A DNA stretch of 64,000 nt. It comes from Euprymna scolopes. Lineage: Eukaryota. The first letter of the stretch is position 1, and each line of letters starts with the position of its first letter. Positions 13,101-28,431 of the stretch are shown piece by piece. Position numbers and translations under genes: made by a program. The notes below the pieces were generated by a model. That model saw only the letters and a program-made list of their open reading frames with translations, did no database searches and had not been told where the DNA came from. The DNA lies in NCBI GenBank assembly GCA_053919585.1, contig CM132818.1; one strand, given 5' to 3'.

Positions 13101-16100
13101 GATGACATACAAAGTGGATAGAAGTATTATTATAAAAAGGGATAACATACAAAGTGGATAGAAGTATTAATGTAAAAAGGGATGACATACAAAGTGGATA
13201 GAAGTATTAATGTAAAAAGGGATAACATACAAAGTGGATAGAAGTATTATTGTAAAAAGGGATAACATACAAAGTGGATAGAAGTATTAATGTAAAAAGG
13301 GATAACATACAAAGTGGATAGAAGTATTATTGTAAAAAGGGATAACATACAAAGTGGATAGAAGTATTAATGTAAAAAGGGATAACATATAAAGTGGATA
13401 GAAGTATTAATGTAAAAAGGGATGACATACAAAGTGGATAGAAGTATTAATGTAAAAAGGGATAACATACAAAGTGGATAGAAGTATTAATATAAAAAGG
13501 GATAACATACAAAGTGGATAGAAGTATTATTGTAAAAATGGATAACATACAAAGTGGATAGAAGTATTTATGTAAAAAGGCATAACATACAAAGTGGATA
13601 GAAGTATTAATGTAAAAAGCGATAACATACAAAGTGGATAGAAGTATTAATGTAAAAAGGCATAACATACAAAGTGGATAGAAGTATTAATGTAAAAAGG
13701 GATGACATATAAAGTGGATAGAAGTATTATTGTAAAAAGGGACGACATACAAAGTGGATAGAAGTATTATTGTAAATAGGGATGACATACAAAGTGGATA
13801 AAAGTATTAATGTAAAAAGGGATAAAATACAAAGTGGATAGAAGTATTAATGTAAAAAGGGATAACATACGAAGTGGATAGAAGTATTAATCTAAAAAGG
13901 GATAACATACAAAGTGGATAGAAGTATTAATGTAAAAAGGGATAACATACAAAGTGGATAGAAGTATTAATGTAAAAAGGGATAAAATACAAAGTGGATA
14001 GAAGTATTAATGTAAAAAGGGACAAAATACGAAGTGTATAGAAGTATTTTTGTAAAAAGGGATAACATATAAAGTGGATAGAAGTATTAATGTAAAAAGG
14101 GATAACATATAAAGTGGATAGAAGTATTATTGTAAAAAGGGATAACATATAAAGTGGATAGAAGTATTAATGTAAAAAGGGATAACATACAAAGTGGATA
14201 GAAGTATTAATGTAAAAAGGGATAACATACAAAGTGGATAGAAGTATTAATGTAAAAAGGGATAACATACAAAGTGGATAGAAGTATTATTGTAAAAAGG
14301 GATAACATACAAAGTGGATAGAAGTATTAATGTAAAAAGGGATAACATACAAAGTGGATAGAAGTATTAATGTAAAAAGGGATAACATACAAAGTGGATA
14401 GAAGTATTAATGTAAAAAGGGATAACATATAAAGTGGATAGAAGTATTAATGTAAAAAGGGATAACATACAAAGTGGATAGAAGTATTAATGTAAAAAGG
14501 GATAACATATAAAGTGGATAGAAGTATTAATGTAAAAAGGGACAAAATACGAAGTGGATAGAAGTATTTTTGTAAAAAGGGATAACATATAAAGTGGATA
14601 GAAGTATTAATGTAAAAAGGGATAACATACAAAGTGGATAGAAGTATTAATGTAAAAAGGGATAACATACAAAGTGGATAGAAGTATTATTGTAAAAAGG
14701 GATAACATACAAAGTGGATAGAAGTATTAATGTAAAAAGGGATAACATACAAAGTGGATAGAAGTATTAATGTAAAAAGGGATAACATACAAAGTGGATA
14801 GAAGTATTAATGTAAAAAGGGATAACATATAAAGTGGATAGAAGTATTAATGTAAAAAGGGATAACATACAAAGTGGATAGAAGTATTAATGTAAAAAGG
14901 GATAACATATAAAGTGGATAGAAGTATTAATGTACAAAGGGACAAAATACGAATAGGATAGAAGTATTTTTGTAAAAAGGGATAACATATAAAGTGGATA
15001 GAAGTATTAATGTAAAAAGGGATAACATACAAAGTGGATAGAAGTATTATTGTAAAAAGGGATAACATACAAAGTGGATAGAAGTATTAATGTAAAAAGG
15101 GATAACATACAAAGTGGATAGAAGTATTTATGTAAAAAGGCATAACATACAAAGTGGATAGAAGTATTAATGTAAAAAGGGATAACATACAAAGTGGATA
15201 GAAGTATTAATGTAAAAAGGCATAACATACAAAGTGGATAGAAGTATTAATGTAAAAAGGGATAACATACAAAGTGGATAGAAGTATTAATGTAAAAAGG
15301 GATAAAATACAAAGTGGATAGAAGTATTAATGTAAAAAGGGATAACATATAAAGTGGATAGAAGTATTAATGTAAAAAGGGACAAAATACGAAGTGGATA
15401 GAAGTATTTTTGTAAAAAGGGATAACATATAAAGTGGATAGAAGTATTAATGTAAAAAGGGATGACATACAAAGTGGATAGAAGTATTAATGTAAAAAGG
15501 GATAAAATACAAAGTGGATAGAAGTATTAATGTAAAAAGGGATAACATACGAAGTGGATAGAAGTATTAATCTAAAAAGGGATAACATACAAAGTGGATA
15601 GAAGTATTAATGTAAAAAGGGATAACATACAAAGTGGATAGAAGTATTAATGTAAAAAGGGATAAAATACAAAGTGGATACAAGTATTAATGTAAAAAGG
15701 GACAAAATACGAAGTGGATAGAAGTATTTTTGTAAAAAGGGATAACATATAAAGTGGATAGAAGTATTAATGTAAAAAGGGATAACATATAAAGTGGATA
15801 GAAGTATTATTGTAAAAAGGGATAACATATAAAGTGGATAGAAGTATTAATGTAAAAAGGGATAACATACAAAGTGGATAGAAGTATTAATGTAAAAAGG
15901 GATAACATATAAAGTGGATAGAAGTATTAATGTAAAAAGGGATAACATACAAAGTGGATAGAAGTATTAATGTAAAAAGGGATTACATATAAAGTGGATA
16001 GAAGTATTGATGTAAAAAGGGATAACATACAAAGTGGGTAGAAGTATTAATCTAAAAAGGGATAACATATAAAGTGGATAGAAGTATTAATGTAAAAAGG

Positions 16101-19100
16101 GATAACATACAGAGTGGATAGAAGTATTAATGTAAAAAGGGATAACATACAAAGTGGATAGAAGTATTAATGTAAAAAGGGATAACATATAAAGTGGATA
16201 GAAGTATTAATGTAAAAAGGGATAACATATAAAGGGGATAGAAGTATTAATGTAAAAAGGCATAACATACAAAGTCGATAGAAGTATTAATGTAAAAAGG
16301 GATAACATATAAAGTGGATAGAAGTATTATTGTAAAAAGGGATAACATACAAAGTGGATAGAAGTATTAATGTAAAAAGGGATAACATACAAAGTGGATA
16401 GAAGTATTAATGTAAAAAGGGATAACATATAAAGTGGATAGAAGTATTAATGTAAAAAGGGACAAAATACGAAGTGGATAGAAATATTTTTGTAAAAAGG
16501 GATAACATATAAAGTGGATAGAAGTATTAATGTAAAAAGGGAAAACATACAAAGTGGATAGAAGTATTATTGTAAAAAGGGATAACATACAAAGTGGATA
16601 GAAGTATTAATGTAAAAAGGTATAACATACAAAGTGGATAGAAGTATTAATCTAAAAAGGGATAACATACAAAGTGGATAGAAGTATTAATGTAAAAAGG
16701 GATAACATATAAAGTGGATAGAAGTATTAATGTAAAAAGGGATAACATATAAAGGGGATAGAAGTATTAATGTAAAAAGGCATAACATATAAAGTGGATA
16801 GAAGTATTAATGTCAAAAGGGATAACATATAAAGTGGATAGAAGTATTAATGTAAAAAGGGATAACATACAAAGTGGATAGAAGTATTATTGTAAAAAGG
16901 GATAACATACAAAGTGGATAGAAGTATTAATATAAAAAGGGACAACATACAAAGTGGATAGAAGTATTAATCTAAAAAGGGATAACATATAAAGTGGATA
17001 GAAGTATTGATGTAAAAAGGGATAACATACGAAGTGGGTAGAAGCATTAATCTAAAAAGGGATAACATATAAAGTTGATAGAAGTATTAATGTAAAAAGG
17101 GATAACATACAAAGTGGATAGAAGTATTAATCTAAAAAGGGATAACATACAAAGTGGATAGAAGTATTAATGTAAAAAGGGATAACATATAAAGTGGATA
17201 GAAGTATTAATGTAAAAAGGGATAACATATAAAGTGGATAGAAGTATTAATGTAAAAAGGCATAACATACAAAGTCGATAGAAGTATTAATGTAAAAAGG
17301 GATAACATATAAAGTGGATAGAAGTATTATTGTAAAAAGGGATAACATACAAAGTGGATAGAAGTATTAATGTAAAAAGGGATAACATACAAAGTGGATA
17401 GAAGTATTAATGTAAAAAGGGATAACATATAAAGTGGATAGAAGTATTAATCTAAAAAGGGATAACATATAAAGTGGATAGAAGTATTATTGTAAAAAGG
17501 GATAACATACAAAGTGGATAGAAGTATTATTGTAAAAAGGGATAACATACAAAGCTGATAGAAGTATTAATGTAAAAAGGGATAACATACAAAGTGGATA
17601 GAAGTATTAATGTAAAAAGGGATAACATATAAAGTGGATAGAAGTATTATTGTAAAAAGGGATAACATACAAAGTGGATAGAAGTATTATTGTAAAAAGA
17701 GATAACATACAAAGTGGATAGAAGTATTAATGTAAAAAGGGATAACATATAACGTGGATAGAAGTATTAATGTAAAAAGGGATAACATACAAAGTGGATA
17801 GAAGTATTATTGTAAAAAGGGATAACATACAAAGTGGATAGAAGTATTATTGTAAAAAGGGATAACATACAAAGTGGATAGAAGTATTAATGTAAAAAGG
17901 GATAACATACAAAGTGGATAGAAGTATTAATGTAAAAAGGGATAACATATAAAGTGGATAGAAGTATTAATGTAAAAAGGGATAACATATAAAGTGGATA
18001 GAAGTATTAATGTAAAAAGGGATAACATATAAAGTGGATAGAAGTATTAATGTAAAAAGTGATAACATACAAAGTGGATAGAAGTATTAATCTAAAAAGG
18101 GATAACATACAAAGTGGATAGAAGTATTAATGTAAAAAGGGATAACATACAAAGTGGATAGAAGTATTTATCTAAAAAGGGATAACATACAAAGTGGATA
18201 GAAGTATTAATGTAAGAAGGGATAACATACAAAGTGGATAGAAGTATAAATCTAAAAAGGGATAACATATAAAGTGGATAGAAGTATTAATGTAAAAAGG
18301 GATAACATACAAAGTGGATAGAAGTATTAATCTAAAACGGATAACATACAAATGGATAGAAGTATTAATGTAAAAAGGGATAACATATAAAGTGGATAGA
18401 AGTATTAATGTAAAAAGAGATAACATATAAAGTGAATAGAAGTATTAATGTAAAAAGGGATAACATACAAAGTGGATAGAAGTATTAATGTAAAAAGGGA
18501 TAACATATAAAGTGGATAGAAGTATTATTGTAAAAAGGGATAACATACAAAGTGGATAGAAGTATTATTGTAAAAAGGGATAACATACAAAGTGGATAGA
18601 AGTATTAATGTAAAAAGGGATAACATATAAAGTGGATAGAAGTATTAATGTAAAAAGAGATAACATACAAAGTGGATAGAAGTATTAATGTAAAAAGGGA
18701 TAACATATAAAGTGGATAGAAGTATTATTGTAAAAAGGGATAACATATAAAGTGGATAGAAGTATTAATGTAAAAAGGGATAACATATAAAGTGGATAGA
18801 AGTATTAATGTAAAAAGTGATAACATACAAAGTGGATAGAAGTATTAATCTAAAAAGGGATAACATACAAAGTGGATAGAAGTATTAATGTAAAAAGGGA
18901 TAACATACAAAGTGGATAGAAGTATTTATCTAAAAAGGGATAACATACAAAGTGGATAGAAGTATTAATGTAAGAAGGGATAACATACAAAGTGGATAGA
19001 AGTATAAATCTAAAAAGGGATAACATATAAAGTGGATAGAAGTATTAATGTAAAAAGGGATAACATACAAAGTGGATAGAAGTATTAATCTAAAACGGAT

Positions 19101-19687
19101 AACATACAAATGGATAGAAGTATTAATGTAAAAAGGGATAACATATAAAGTGGATAGAAGTATTAATGTAAAAAGAGATAACATATAAAGTGAATAGAAG
19201 TATTAATGTAAAAAGGGATAACATACAAAGTGGATAGAAGTATTAATGTAAAAAGGGATAACATATAAAGTGGATAGAAGTATTATTGTAAAAAGGGATA
19301 ACATACAAAGTGGATAGAAGTATTATTGTAAAAAGGGATAACATACAAAGTGGATAGAAGTATTAATGTAAAAAGGGATAACATATAAAGTGGATAGAAG
19401 TATTAATGTAAAAAGAGATAACATACAAAGTGGATAGAAGTATTAATGTAAAAAGGGATAACATATAAAGTGGATAGAAGTATTATTGTAAAAAGGGATA
19501 ACATACAAAGTGGATAGAAGTATTAATCTAAAAAGGGATAACATATAAAGTGGATAGAAGTATTAATGTAAAAAGGGATAACATATAAAGTGGATAGAAG
19601 TATTAATCTAAAAAGGGATAACATATAAAGTGGATAGAAGTATTAATCTAAAAAGGGATAACATATAAAGTGGATAGAAGTATTAAT
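10121..19687. repeat. 40-bp satellite array, ~239 copies; consensus GTGGATAGAAGTATTAATGTAAAAAGGGATAACATACAAA
   Basis: Strict 40-bp register, with only three 2-bp register shifts (~11163, ~18340, ~19100). Confidence 0.99.
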
Positions 19688-19899
19688 TTTAGATAAATTA
19701 GTTTAAGCTATCTTGACAAAAGCCACAAAACTAAATTTGAGAATTGAGGAACCAAACAAACTTTAGATTATATAAAATACAGAGCACTTTGTAATTATTA
19801 AGATTTAAAGTCAACCATGTCAAGTTGATCGACCTGCAATTGGGTGTGTGAAGCGGTAACACTTGCCTACTTGTAGTTTCTGCATGATGGATGGCTTGG

Positions 19900-20690
19900 A
19901 TTACATTCACAGGATGTGGTTCAAACTGAATCTTTTCTTAAGAAATAGAGCTATAGCACGAATAGCACGAATGTTTTTCCTCATATTCTTTGCCTGGCAG
20001 TAATTCTTCTCTTCATATTTTTTGTGATGAGAATAAAGCGCTTGAGTTCACAGACAGATTTGTATCAAATATTTATGTGAGGGAGGCTGGGGAATATTTG
20101 GCTTGGCAAGTTATCATCATGCTGTAAGACTGGTTTTCCTGAGCCAAAAGTTTGTGTGCAGCACAATATTTGAGTGTACCTTTCTTGAACTCATCCTTAT
20201 TTAGTTGAGGGCGTTCATAAAAAGAGGGGTGAATTTCAATTCTTCATCGAGTGCCAAGCCAGAAAATTATGGGATGAATGATTTTGATAGGTTTGGTGAA
20301 CAGTTAAGATAAGCATTGAAGGATATGTGTTCTCCATGGAGTTGGCCGCAGGCTCAGGATATTTCAACAACTCTGCGTACTTTCAGACATCATGATTGGA
20401 TGGGAACAGCTTTAACTGGTATATTTTTAAGTTCAAGTGGACATATCTGATTATCAATGCTGCAAGAGCTGAAAGAGCCTACTGTAGTGAACTTCAGCTC
20501 TGATAGAGGTGATGCTTGTGTGGATGTTGCATATGTGATTGATAATGTCGACTACTATAGACTAGGAAGAAAATAATGATGTTTCTTGTGATTCTGGATG
20601 TTACTAGAATAGTGTTATGAATGATGTATCTGAGGTGATCATATAAAGTTGAATCTTTTTCTCGTCATGATTTTATTCTCCAAACATCAG
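19900..20690 (-). mobile_element. Possible highly decayed LINE fragment
   Basis: Coding-like composition; minus-strand peptide FSGLALDEELKFTP resembles the KFLG..LD..L.F..H motif C-terminal to LINE RT; many stops. Confidence 0.25.
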
Positions 20691-20835
20691 CTGAATGTAA
20701 AAATTAGATGCAATAAAGAAGTTTATAATCCATAAGATTCAAGAAAAGATGACTACAAGTGGCAAAACAGGTGTCACAGCCTATTGGCAAATAAATGATA
20801 TATTAACTTTCAAAAGTTTAAATATATTCATGACT

Positions 20836-21524
20836 AAATGAATTTTTATTTGGTTTCAAAAAATGGTATCATTAATCGAAATCAATTTTTATTTGGTTTA
20901 AAAAAATGGTATCATTAATCTAAATGAATTTCTATTTGGTTTCCAAAAATGGTATCATTAATCTAAATGAATTTTTATTGGTTCCAAAAAATGGTATCAT
21001 TAATCTAAATGAATTTCTATTTGGTTTCCAAAAATGGTATCATTAATCTAAATGAATTTTTATTTAGTTTCAAAAAATGGTATCATTAATCTAAATGAAT
21101 TTATATTTAGTTTCAAAAAATGGTATCATTAATCCAAATGAATTTTTATTTAGTTTAAAAAAATGCTATCATTAATCGAAATGAATTATTTGGTTTCAAA
21201 AAATGGTATCATTAATCGAAATGAATTTTTATTTGGTTTTAAAAAATGGTATCATTAATCTAAATGAATTTTTATTTAGTTTAAAAAAATGGTATCATTA
21301 ATCTAAATGAATTTTTATTTAGTTCAAAAAATGGTATCATTAATCTAAATGAATTTCTATTTAGTTCCAAAAAATGGTATCATTAATCTAAATGAATTTT
21401 TATTTAGTTCAAAAAATGGTATCATTAATATAAATGAATTTTTATTTGGTTTCACAAAATGGTATCATTAATCAAAATGAATTTTTATTTAGTTCAAAAA
21501 ATTGTATCATTAATCTAAATGAAT
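20836..21524. repeat. 43-bp minisatellite, ~16 copies (AAATGAATTTTTATTTGGTTTCAAAAAATGGTATCATTAATCT)
   Basis: Direct read; units start at 20836, 20879 and so on. Confidence 0.97.
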
Positions 21525-21663
21525 GGTCATCGATTATATTTGGTGCTTGTTAGATAAAATATACAAACCACGATGCACAGTTAAGTCAACAAAAACATAT
21601 AATACTGATACAAGTTTAATTTTAAAGAGGAATTTATGAGGAAAGATGGTGAAAAGAGATGTA

Positions 21664-21880
21664 TTATTGTAATGTGACGCGTGTAGAATGACAAAACAGT
21701 TCTTGGATCAATGTGTGTAGAAAGAGTTGGCTGAAAGACACCTTATCTTTGTGGCAATTCATCCAATAATGTCGACCAAACCACTGATACAAGTTAAAAT
21801 ATCCAACAAAAAATAAGATGTCTCCATCGGCTTCCAATTCCAAGCAGATTTGAGTTTTTTCTAACAAGGTTAGCAGTTCT
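21664..21880 (-). pseudogene. Possible decayed piggyBac-like transposase C-terminal fragment
   Basis: Across frameshifts, IGSRWRHLIFCWIF ... HKDKVSFSQLFLHTLIQELF loosely matches the K(K/R)W...IF...F...L..EL region of piggyBac transposases. Confidence 0.2.
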
Positions 21881-23721
21881 AAACTTCATCACCAACTTCT
21901 ACCTTATTCAAATCCTGTTTAAAAATGCCCCATGTGTTTATTCTAGTCAAAAATTACATAATTTATACAGTTTTTTTTTTTTTTGGCTTGTTTGTTTTTT
22001 TGTGCATTTATTTTATTGTTTTACTATTATTGTTGTATGATATCCTGCAAATTCGGTTTAAGTTGGGGAAGAAAGGAAATTGCCATCTGTGATCTGTTCA
22101 CTTCCGGCCCAAAGGAAGGAGAAGTGGAAAGAAAGCAATATGTCACGTTTAATTCTTCTCTTAGTGATAAGAAAAAAAAAACGTTTTAGTCTGATTATAA
22201 CACAGGTATGAGTCGAGTTCATACTTAAGCATGGCACAAATTGTTTTTTTTTTTTAATACAGACTTCAGCCTACTAAAGGTCATCTCTTAATTGCGTAAG
22301 AAAGTCACTTTTTACGTTTCAGCTTTCAAGATGTTCATTCTCAACTTTAATTTTCCTTTGGTTTCCCTAAATTTATATTTATCTTGCAAGGATAGCACCC
22401 ATTTCCAAACTCTACCTCGATTTCACTTCCTCTTACTTAAGTCACATTCCACTTTAAAGATCAACCTTTTTGGTAAAAAAATAAAAAATAAAAACGGCGA
22501 TCAATCTATTCTTTGAAAGGTCTTACTAAACTTCCATCAATTTTTTTCTTTGCTTTAAACTGTTTCCTGTTGTCCTACCCAACATCATTTTTCATGTAAT
22601 AGAAAATATTTTTGTAAAAACATTCACTTAAAATCATTGGGGATATTTTAAGTAAGATCGCCAATAGAGGAGATACAATTCAAAATGTATTTTTTGTTTT
22701 AATTAAAAGTAGAATAAACGGAGGAATATCACCCCCATTTTTAATTTATAAAATTTGTTAACTTTTACTAATACATTTTTTGATGCCCTGTCTCAAGACT
22801 GTTTCAAATGACAGCAAGGATACTTTGCCAGTCCAAATGTTTGGGTGTTGATTAACACTGCTTGGTTCAGTTATTCATTCGTTTAGTTGTCCTGGTCACT
22901 TCATCCCTTTTCTCCTGTCTAGGGCGAGATTCCATTATCCGACTCTTCACTTCTGGTTCTGTTTATGCTCTGATGACCTCATCCGGTTATTGATTACTTC
23001 CATCTGTCCAGCTTTAATGCATCCTCAGCATCACTCTCAACCAAGGTCTGATATCCCTCTTTCCTGACCAGACACTTTTGTTCTACATGTCATTCCCAAG
23101 AAATAAATGTCCTTTTCAGGACAAACTACAAACAGTAATTGTTCTTTCAACAATCTTGTGTTTTATTTTCCCCTATTTCAATCTGCCGAGCAGTTATTCA
23201 ACCATAGTCTGATGTGCATACTTGACCAATAACATTAGAGATACTTGACAGATTTGTCAAGATGTTCTTTAACGTCAGTAAGACATATCCTATTCAGCCT
23301 CCAATGTTGGAGACGCAACCTACCAAGCACTGAAAATCAACACCGCTGTGACGCTGGCAACAGAACAAAACCATTTTTAATTTGTATCTTCTGGCCAAAT
23401 AAAATCGGACATTTTTCTAAATAGTATTAATTCCCGTGCTCATCATATTTCTTTGCCATTCAGACCACTAAAAGTACAATGTCCCTTAACTTCGATCTTT
23501 TAATAGTGATTTGTCCACAGTCCACAAGTGACATGAGTGTCTATTATTATTAACTATTACTAAGAGACAGTTATAGGCTCCAGAACTATTGTGCCAAATT
23601 GCACCACGATTGCCATTCGAAGCACCCTCGGGAAACCAAATGTCATGGGGGTGACGTCAAAATTTTGATACTACTAGTTGTATTTATTATTTTATTGTCA
23701 CAGTAACAACACTCATCCATA

Positions 23722-23761
<40 letters not shown>

Positions 23762-24399
23762 CGCAGAGATTTGTAGTCACTTTCACTCTATGTGTCTGTC
23801 GCTTTTATCGATGGGGAATAATAAAACAACAATAATTACACGTGTGTGCATACACACTGGGAAATTATTATCTTTATTATTGTTACTGTCTACCAACTTA
23901 AAAACAAAACAAAAAGAAGGCATGTTTTCTCAAAACTGTATTATTTCTAAAACAAAAGTTTCTTTATATGTTTCTCTTGCCACGTATCACACCATTTTGT
24001 TAAAATCTCGCCTTTTCTGGTATATTTATATATTGCCAGCGTGTTTCTTCAGATTGCATGCGTAATACTAAATAGATTTTAACTCGGAAAGGTTCTTCAT
24101 TCAAAAAAATTAAAGAAAACAACATAAAAACATTTTTATCACATTTTTTAGATCGTCGATCTTTACATTAACCCTCTAAAAACCATTTAATAAAATGGTT
24201 ACTATTCAAAATCAACGAAAGAAACCACTTTTAGTGGGTGATGACTTAACCAATTTATATTAATAAAACAATACAAATAATTTTTCAAATACATGTACTT
24301 GAAATATTACATTTTTAAAGATCAGTTATTCATTTTGTCCAACTTTTTCTGTATCCACAAACAGCCAAAGCGTGTATAATAAAATTTTGGGGTAGACAG

Positions 24400-24832
24400 A
24401 AATGCGTAAATGTGACCCTCCCACTTTTTCACCACCCCCTCTCCATTGCTCTTTGTGTTGCCGCAAAATGCAATCCGTTTCGCTTTCGCCACCTCCTCCT
24501 TCTTTCGTTAAGCCCCCTCCTACTCTTTCATACTCTCTTTCTCTCTCAAGCAGCACTTCTCACTGTTTCCTCCGCGCTCCAGGTGCTCGTTATTGACGGA
24601 CAAGCGTACGGGCTTTCTTCTCACTATATTACGGACGGACAGCGGAAAATAAATCCTTACCTACCAAATTAAAAAATAAACTAATTTGTTTTTATTACTT
24701 CGTGCGTTTTTAATTACTGGAGAAGAAAAAGAAAGAAAAAAAGGCTGTACGAAAAATTTACCAATATCATTTTTGGACATCAACATATCGAAGTAATAAA
24801 AAAAAAATAATAAATCCGCACAAAATAAAAAG
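24400..24832 (+). promoter_or_regulatory. Candidate promoter and non-coding first exon
   Basis: C-rich/CpG-rich block (24400-24660) followed by donor-like AAG|GTAAAT at 24832/24833; it marks the start of a CpG-retaining domain. A minus-strand donor-like TAG|GTAAGG is also present at ~24660. Confidence 0.35.
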
Positions 24833-26514
24833 GTAAATAACTTTTTTCTTCTGAAATTTCATTCAGTTTTTTTTCCGGGCATTTTCTTTCTATTTTTAAA
24901 TGCAATAATAATAGCAACTATTTAATGTATATCAAATTGATCTTTGAAAGGGATGACCCGGTTCCAATAATGTCGATCTTCCTTAATTTAAGACGGATTT
25001 GATTTTCCCGATTCTGATTTTTTTTTTTTTTTCCACACGCAATTAAAACTCCGCATTGGAAAATTCGATCAGATATCGATAAAATAAATATTCCCCCCCA
25101 AAATAAAATAAAAATTCAATCTAAGCGTAAAGTATTAAACAGCCTGACGATAATGGTTGGATGTTATTTTTTAATACAGATTGTTGTTTAATTTAAATAT
25201 TTAAATGAAAACTAATTTTGATTTAAAAATATTTTCAAAGTTTGGTTAAACCAAATTTTTTTTTTAATAATTGCAAATTAAAATTAAACTTTCTGATTTT
25301 CTGAAAGCATCGAATTAGTTTCAGTATTTAATTTATTTAAGCAAAATATTTCTTTGGTAAAGATTTCCAAGCCTTTTTTGAAACGAATCCGAAAATCATC
25401 CAAGCGCTTTTTATATATTTATTTATTCTAGAAGAGAAACCTAAAAACAAAACAAAAAATCCAAATAATTGACAACAAAAGAATTGACAGTTGCTCCGAT
25501 GCTGCTTACCGTTTTTACCTGAGATTAGATTTTGTTCAAACCATTCCTTAATCATGCGAGAACGAAATGAATTGTCGATATATTTATTGTTACATCGTGA
25601 AGAAATTTATTGATACCCCCCCCCCCCGAATTTCTTCTTAAAATGGTCATTTTTTTTTTTTTTTACATCGATCGACGATCGGGTTGTCGTCACGCTTCAC
25701 TTTGAAATGAGATTGTCAGCGCTAATCGCACAGACCGAATAGACGCCTCTATTAAAACGCTCCCACCCACTCTTTTTCCTTATTCTTTGCCTTCTTTTCT
25801 TTTTCCTGAGTCGGGTCTCGAGAATGAAGGTGGGGGGGGGTGATTATTTGTTGTCCGACTTTCATTTCCTACTCGCCGTCTTTGTTGTCACTCCGGATTG
25901 CCACAATGCCCCCCCCCCCTAGAAAGAAGGGACGAGATCATTCCATTATCGATCACCTAATTCTCTTTTTTTTTTTTTTTAATTCTTAGTTTTTCTTCAA
26001 CTTTTCCTTCCTTCATATCGCCTTCTTTTCTTTCATTCTGTCTCTCGTTTTAAATGTTTCCCATTCTCTAGTCACTCCCTTGTTCCATTCTTTTACGTTT
26101 TAGTCACTTTTCTTTATCCGTTTTTTACCTTTTAATTCTTTAATAAAATATTTGAAACGCACAAAATTAAAATTCCGTCAAAAGTCACCAACACGTTATT
26201 CCTCGCGATAATTTGCTTCCATTGTATTTTACAATCCAAACACGGTTTCCTCGTCGTATGTCGTTCCTTACAAAAACAATAGACCGAAAGACAATCAGTA
26301 GATTCGAGACGAGATGAATGGAAATAAAGGAATAGGTGAAGAAAATAAAAAGAAAAAAACGCTGCGTTGACGGAGGCGAGGAGACAACCATTCATTCATT
26401 TCTTTTTACGTAGCTCGTTTTGAACCAAATATATTTTTAATTTTAGTTTAACCTATTAAACATTTTTAAATGAATTTCAACTTAACCCCATTATATTCGA
26501 TAAGTAAATTTATT

Positions 26515-27147
26515 GGTACTCATGCAGAGAGTGATCCGTGCTGAAATAATAACGTTATTATTTAAAAAGCCATTCTTAACATGGGGAGGGTGTTTTGTAG
26601 CTATTCTGTACTTTAACCTTACAATTGAATAAATAAAAAACATAAAACTAAACGTGGAAATGGGATTTAAAAAATTCTCTGCAATAGCACTAATTTATTT
26701 ATGGAACAAAATACAATTATTGCATATGCAAATTATATATTTTTAACTATTCGTTTTCTAGAAGTCTCTTAGTTGTCAATTAGTGAAATATATTTATGAA
26801 AAATATCATTTAGTTTTCATTGAAAACCACATCTTTTTTTTCCACCGCCAAAACGATTGAACATAAATGCATAAATCCTATTAATTCAAATAAAAGTACT
26901 TCTGCAGAATACGGACTGTGCTGAAACGTTATTCAGAAATGCATTCTTAATATAGGAAGGGAGGATGCGTTTTGAGCTATTCTGTACTTTCACCTAACAG
27001 TTTAATAAATAAAAGGGTACTTATGCATCTATGTTACTGCGCTGAAATAATGAGTAATGACATTATTTAGAAAGCCATTCTTAACATGTAGAGGGATTGT
27101 ATTGTAACTATTCTGTACTTTCACCTAACAATTTAATAAACAAAAAT
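26515..27147. repeat. Three diverged ~125-bp direct repeats
   Basis: GTGCTGAAA...CATTCTTAA...GCTATTCTGTACTTT..CCT..CA.TT.AATAAA at ~26515-26640, ~26895-27015 and ~27016-27147. Confidence 0.8.
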
Positions 27148-28385
27148 ATCGTAAAAATTGAATTCAACTCGAAAATACTATTTTTTAAAAAAAGATAGCA
27201 CGGTAACATAAATGCATAAGCACCAATAAAAGATACCGTAAAAATTGAATTTAACTTGAAAATCATATCTAAAAACTAGAAGTACCAAGATAATATATTT
27301 AACTAAACATAAAAAAAAAAATAAATAACAACGGGAAGTTGATTCAGTTCACTCTTATTTTTACGTATATTATAAAATGGCTACTTGTGTAATATTTAAA
27401 AAAAAAAAAAAAATCTGACCCCTCGTAAAATTAAAATAGTTTTAAACATTTCATTTGCTTATTTTTTTTTTATAGCATAAACATCGCAAATTATTCAACA
27501 AAATTGTTTAAATTACGCTAAATATTTTTTTTCAATATTACTAATTAAGTCTAGTTTATCTCCTCCTTTTATCTCATTGAGATCTTTACCTTTATTGTGT
27601 CACAAATATAAAAAATTATTCTTTGGTACGACAGGGATGCAAGCGAAATTTCATATTTTACCTTTTTGGTTGTTTAGGAGCACACACTAATTTGACAATA
27701 CTTTTGCTCTCCAACTTATATTCAATGATGGCCATCTATTCATCGACAGTTGCAGTTTGAAGGTTTCAAAATCATTTTTAGTTCATTAAAGTGTTGATTA
27801 GAAAATAATTTTAAAGTTTAATAACAATATGGGAAGGAGAATAGATTCATTTTTTGCCATTTCATGTTATTTTGGCAATTTTATGAATTTTTTTTTTTTT
27901 TTTTTTTTTTAAATAGTTGAATATTTAAGGAATCACTTTCCAATATAACGTGATCACTAGTTTCCAGAAACTTAGTGTTAAAACAAAAAAGTATAACATT
28001 ATTTTGTTTATTTGTTGGTTGGAGGGGGAGGCAATTTTGTTGTGCTTTTTAAAATTTATTATATCTAATTCTCTAAAGTACGTCTTCAAAACAACTAATG
28101 ATATGAGTAGTTTTCATTTTCAGATCATAACTTTATAACATTTTTTCTTTTGTGCTTTAAAAATACTCGTTCTCTGAATGTATCTGCTATTCACGCTTTT
28201 TCCCCCCTCTCTGTTCGCGCATCGTCAAAAAAAAAAAATCCAAATAAACCCAGAACGCAATAGTTTGCCATGTAATAGAACCTATCGAACAAGCGGAACT
28301 CGTAACGCCTCCACCTTTACAGGCAATGCCTTAACTTCATAAAGAAAAATGTGAAAAACCAAATACTAAAAGCACACACACATAT

Positions 28386-28431
<46 letters not shown>

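Noticed and set aside
10121-19687. CRISPR-like array, or repeated 73-84 aa hydrophobic ORFs (MLSLFTLILLSTLYVIPFY...)
   Set aside because: Units are directly adjacent with no unique spacers and there are no cas genes. The ORFs are three-phase read-throughs of a 40-bp unit, broken by frequent stops.
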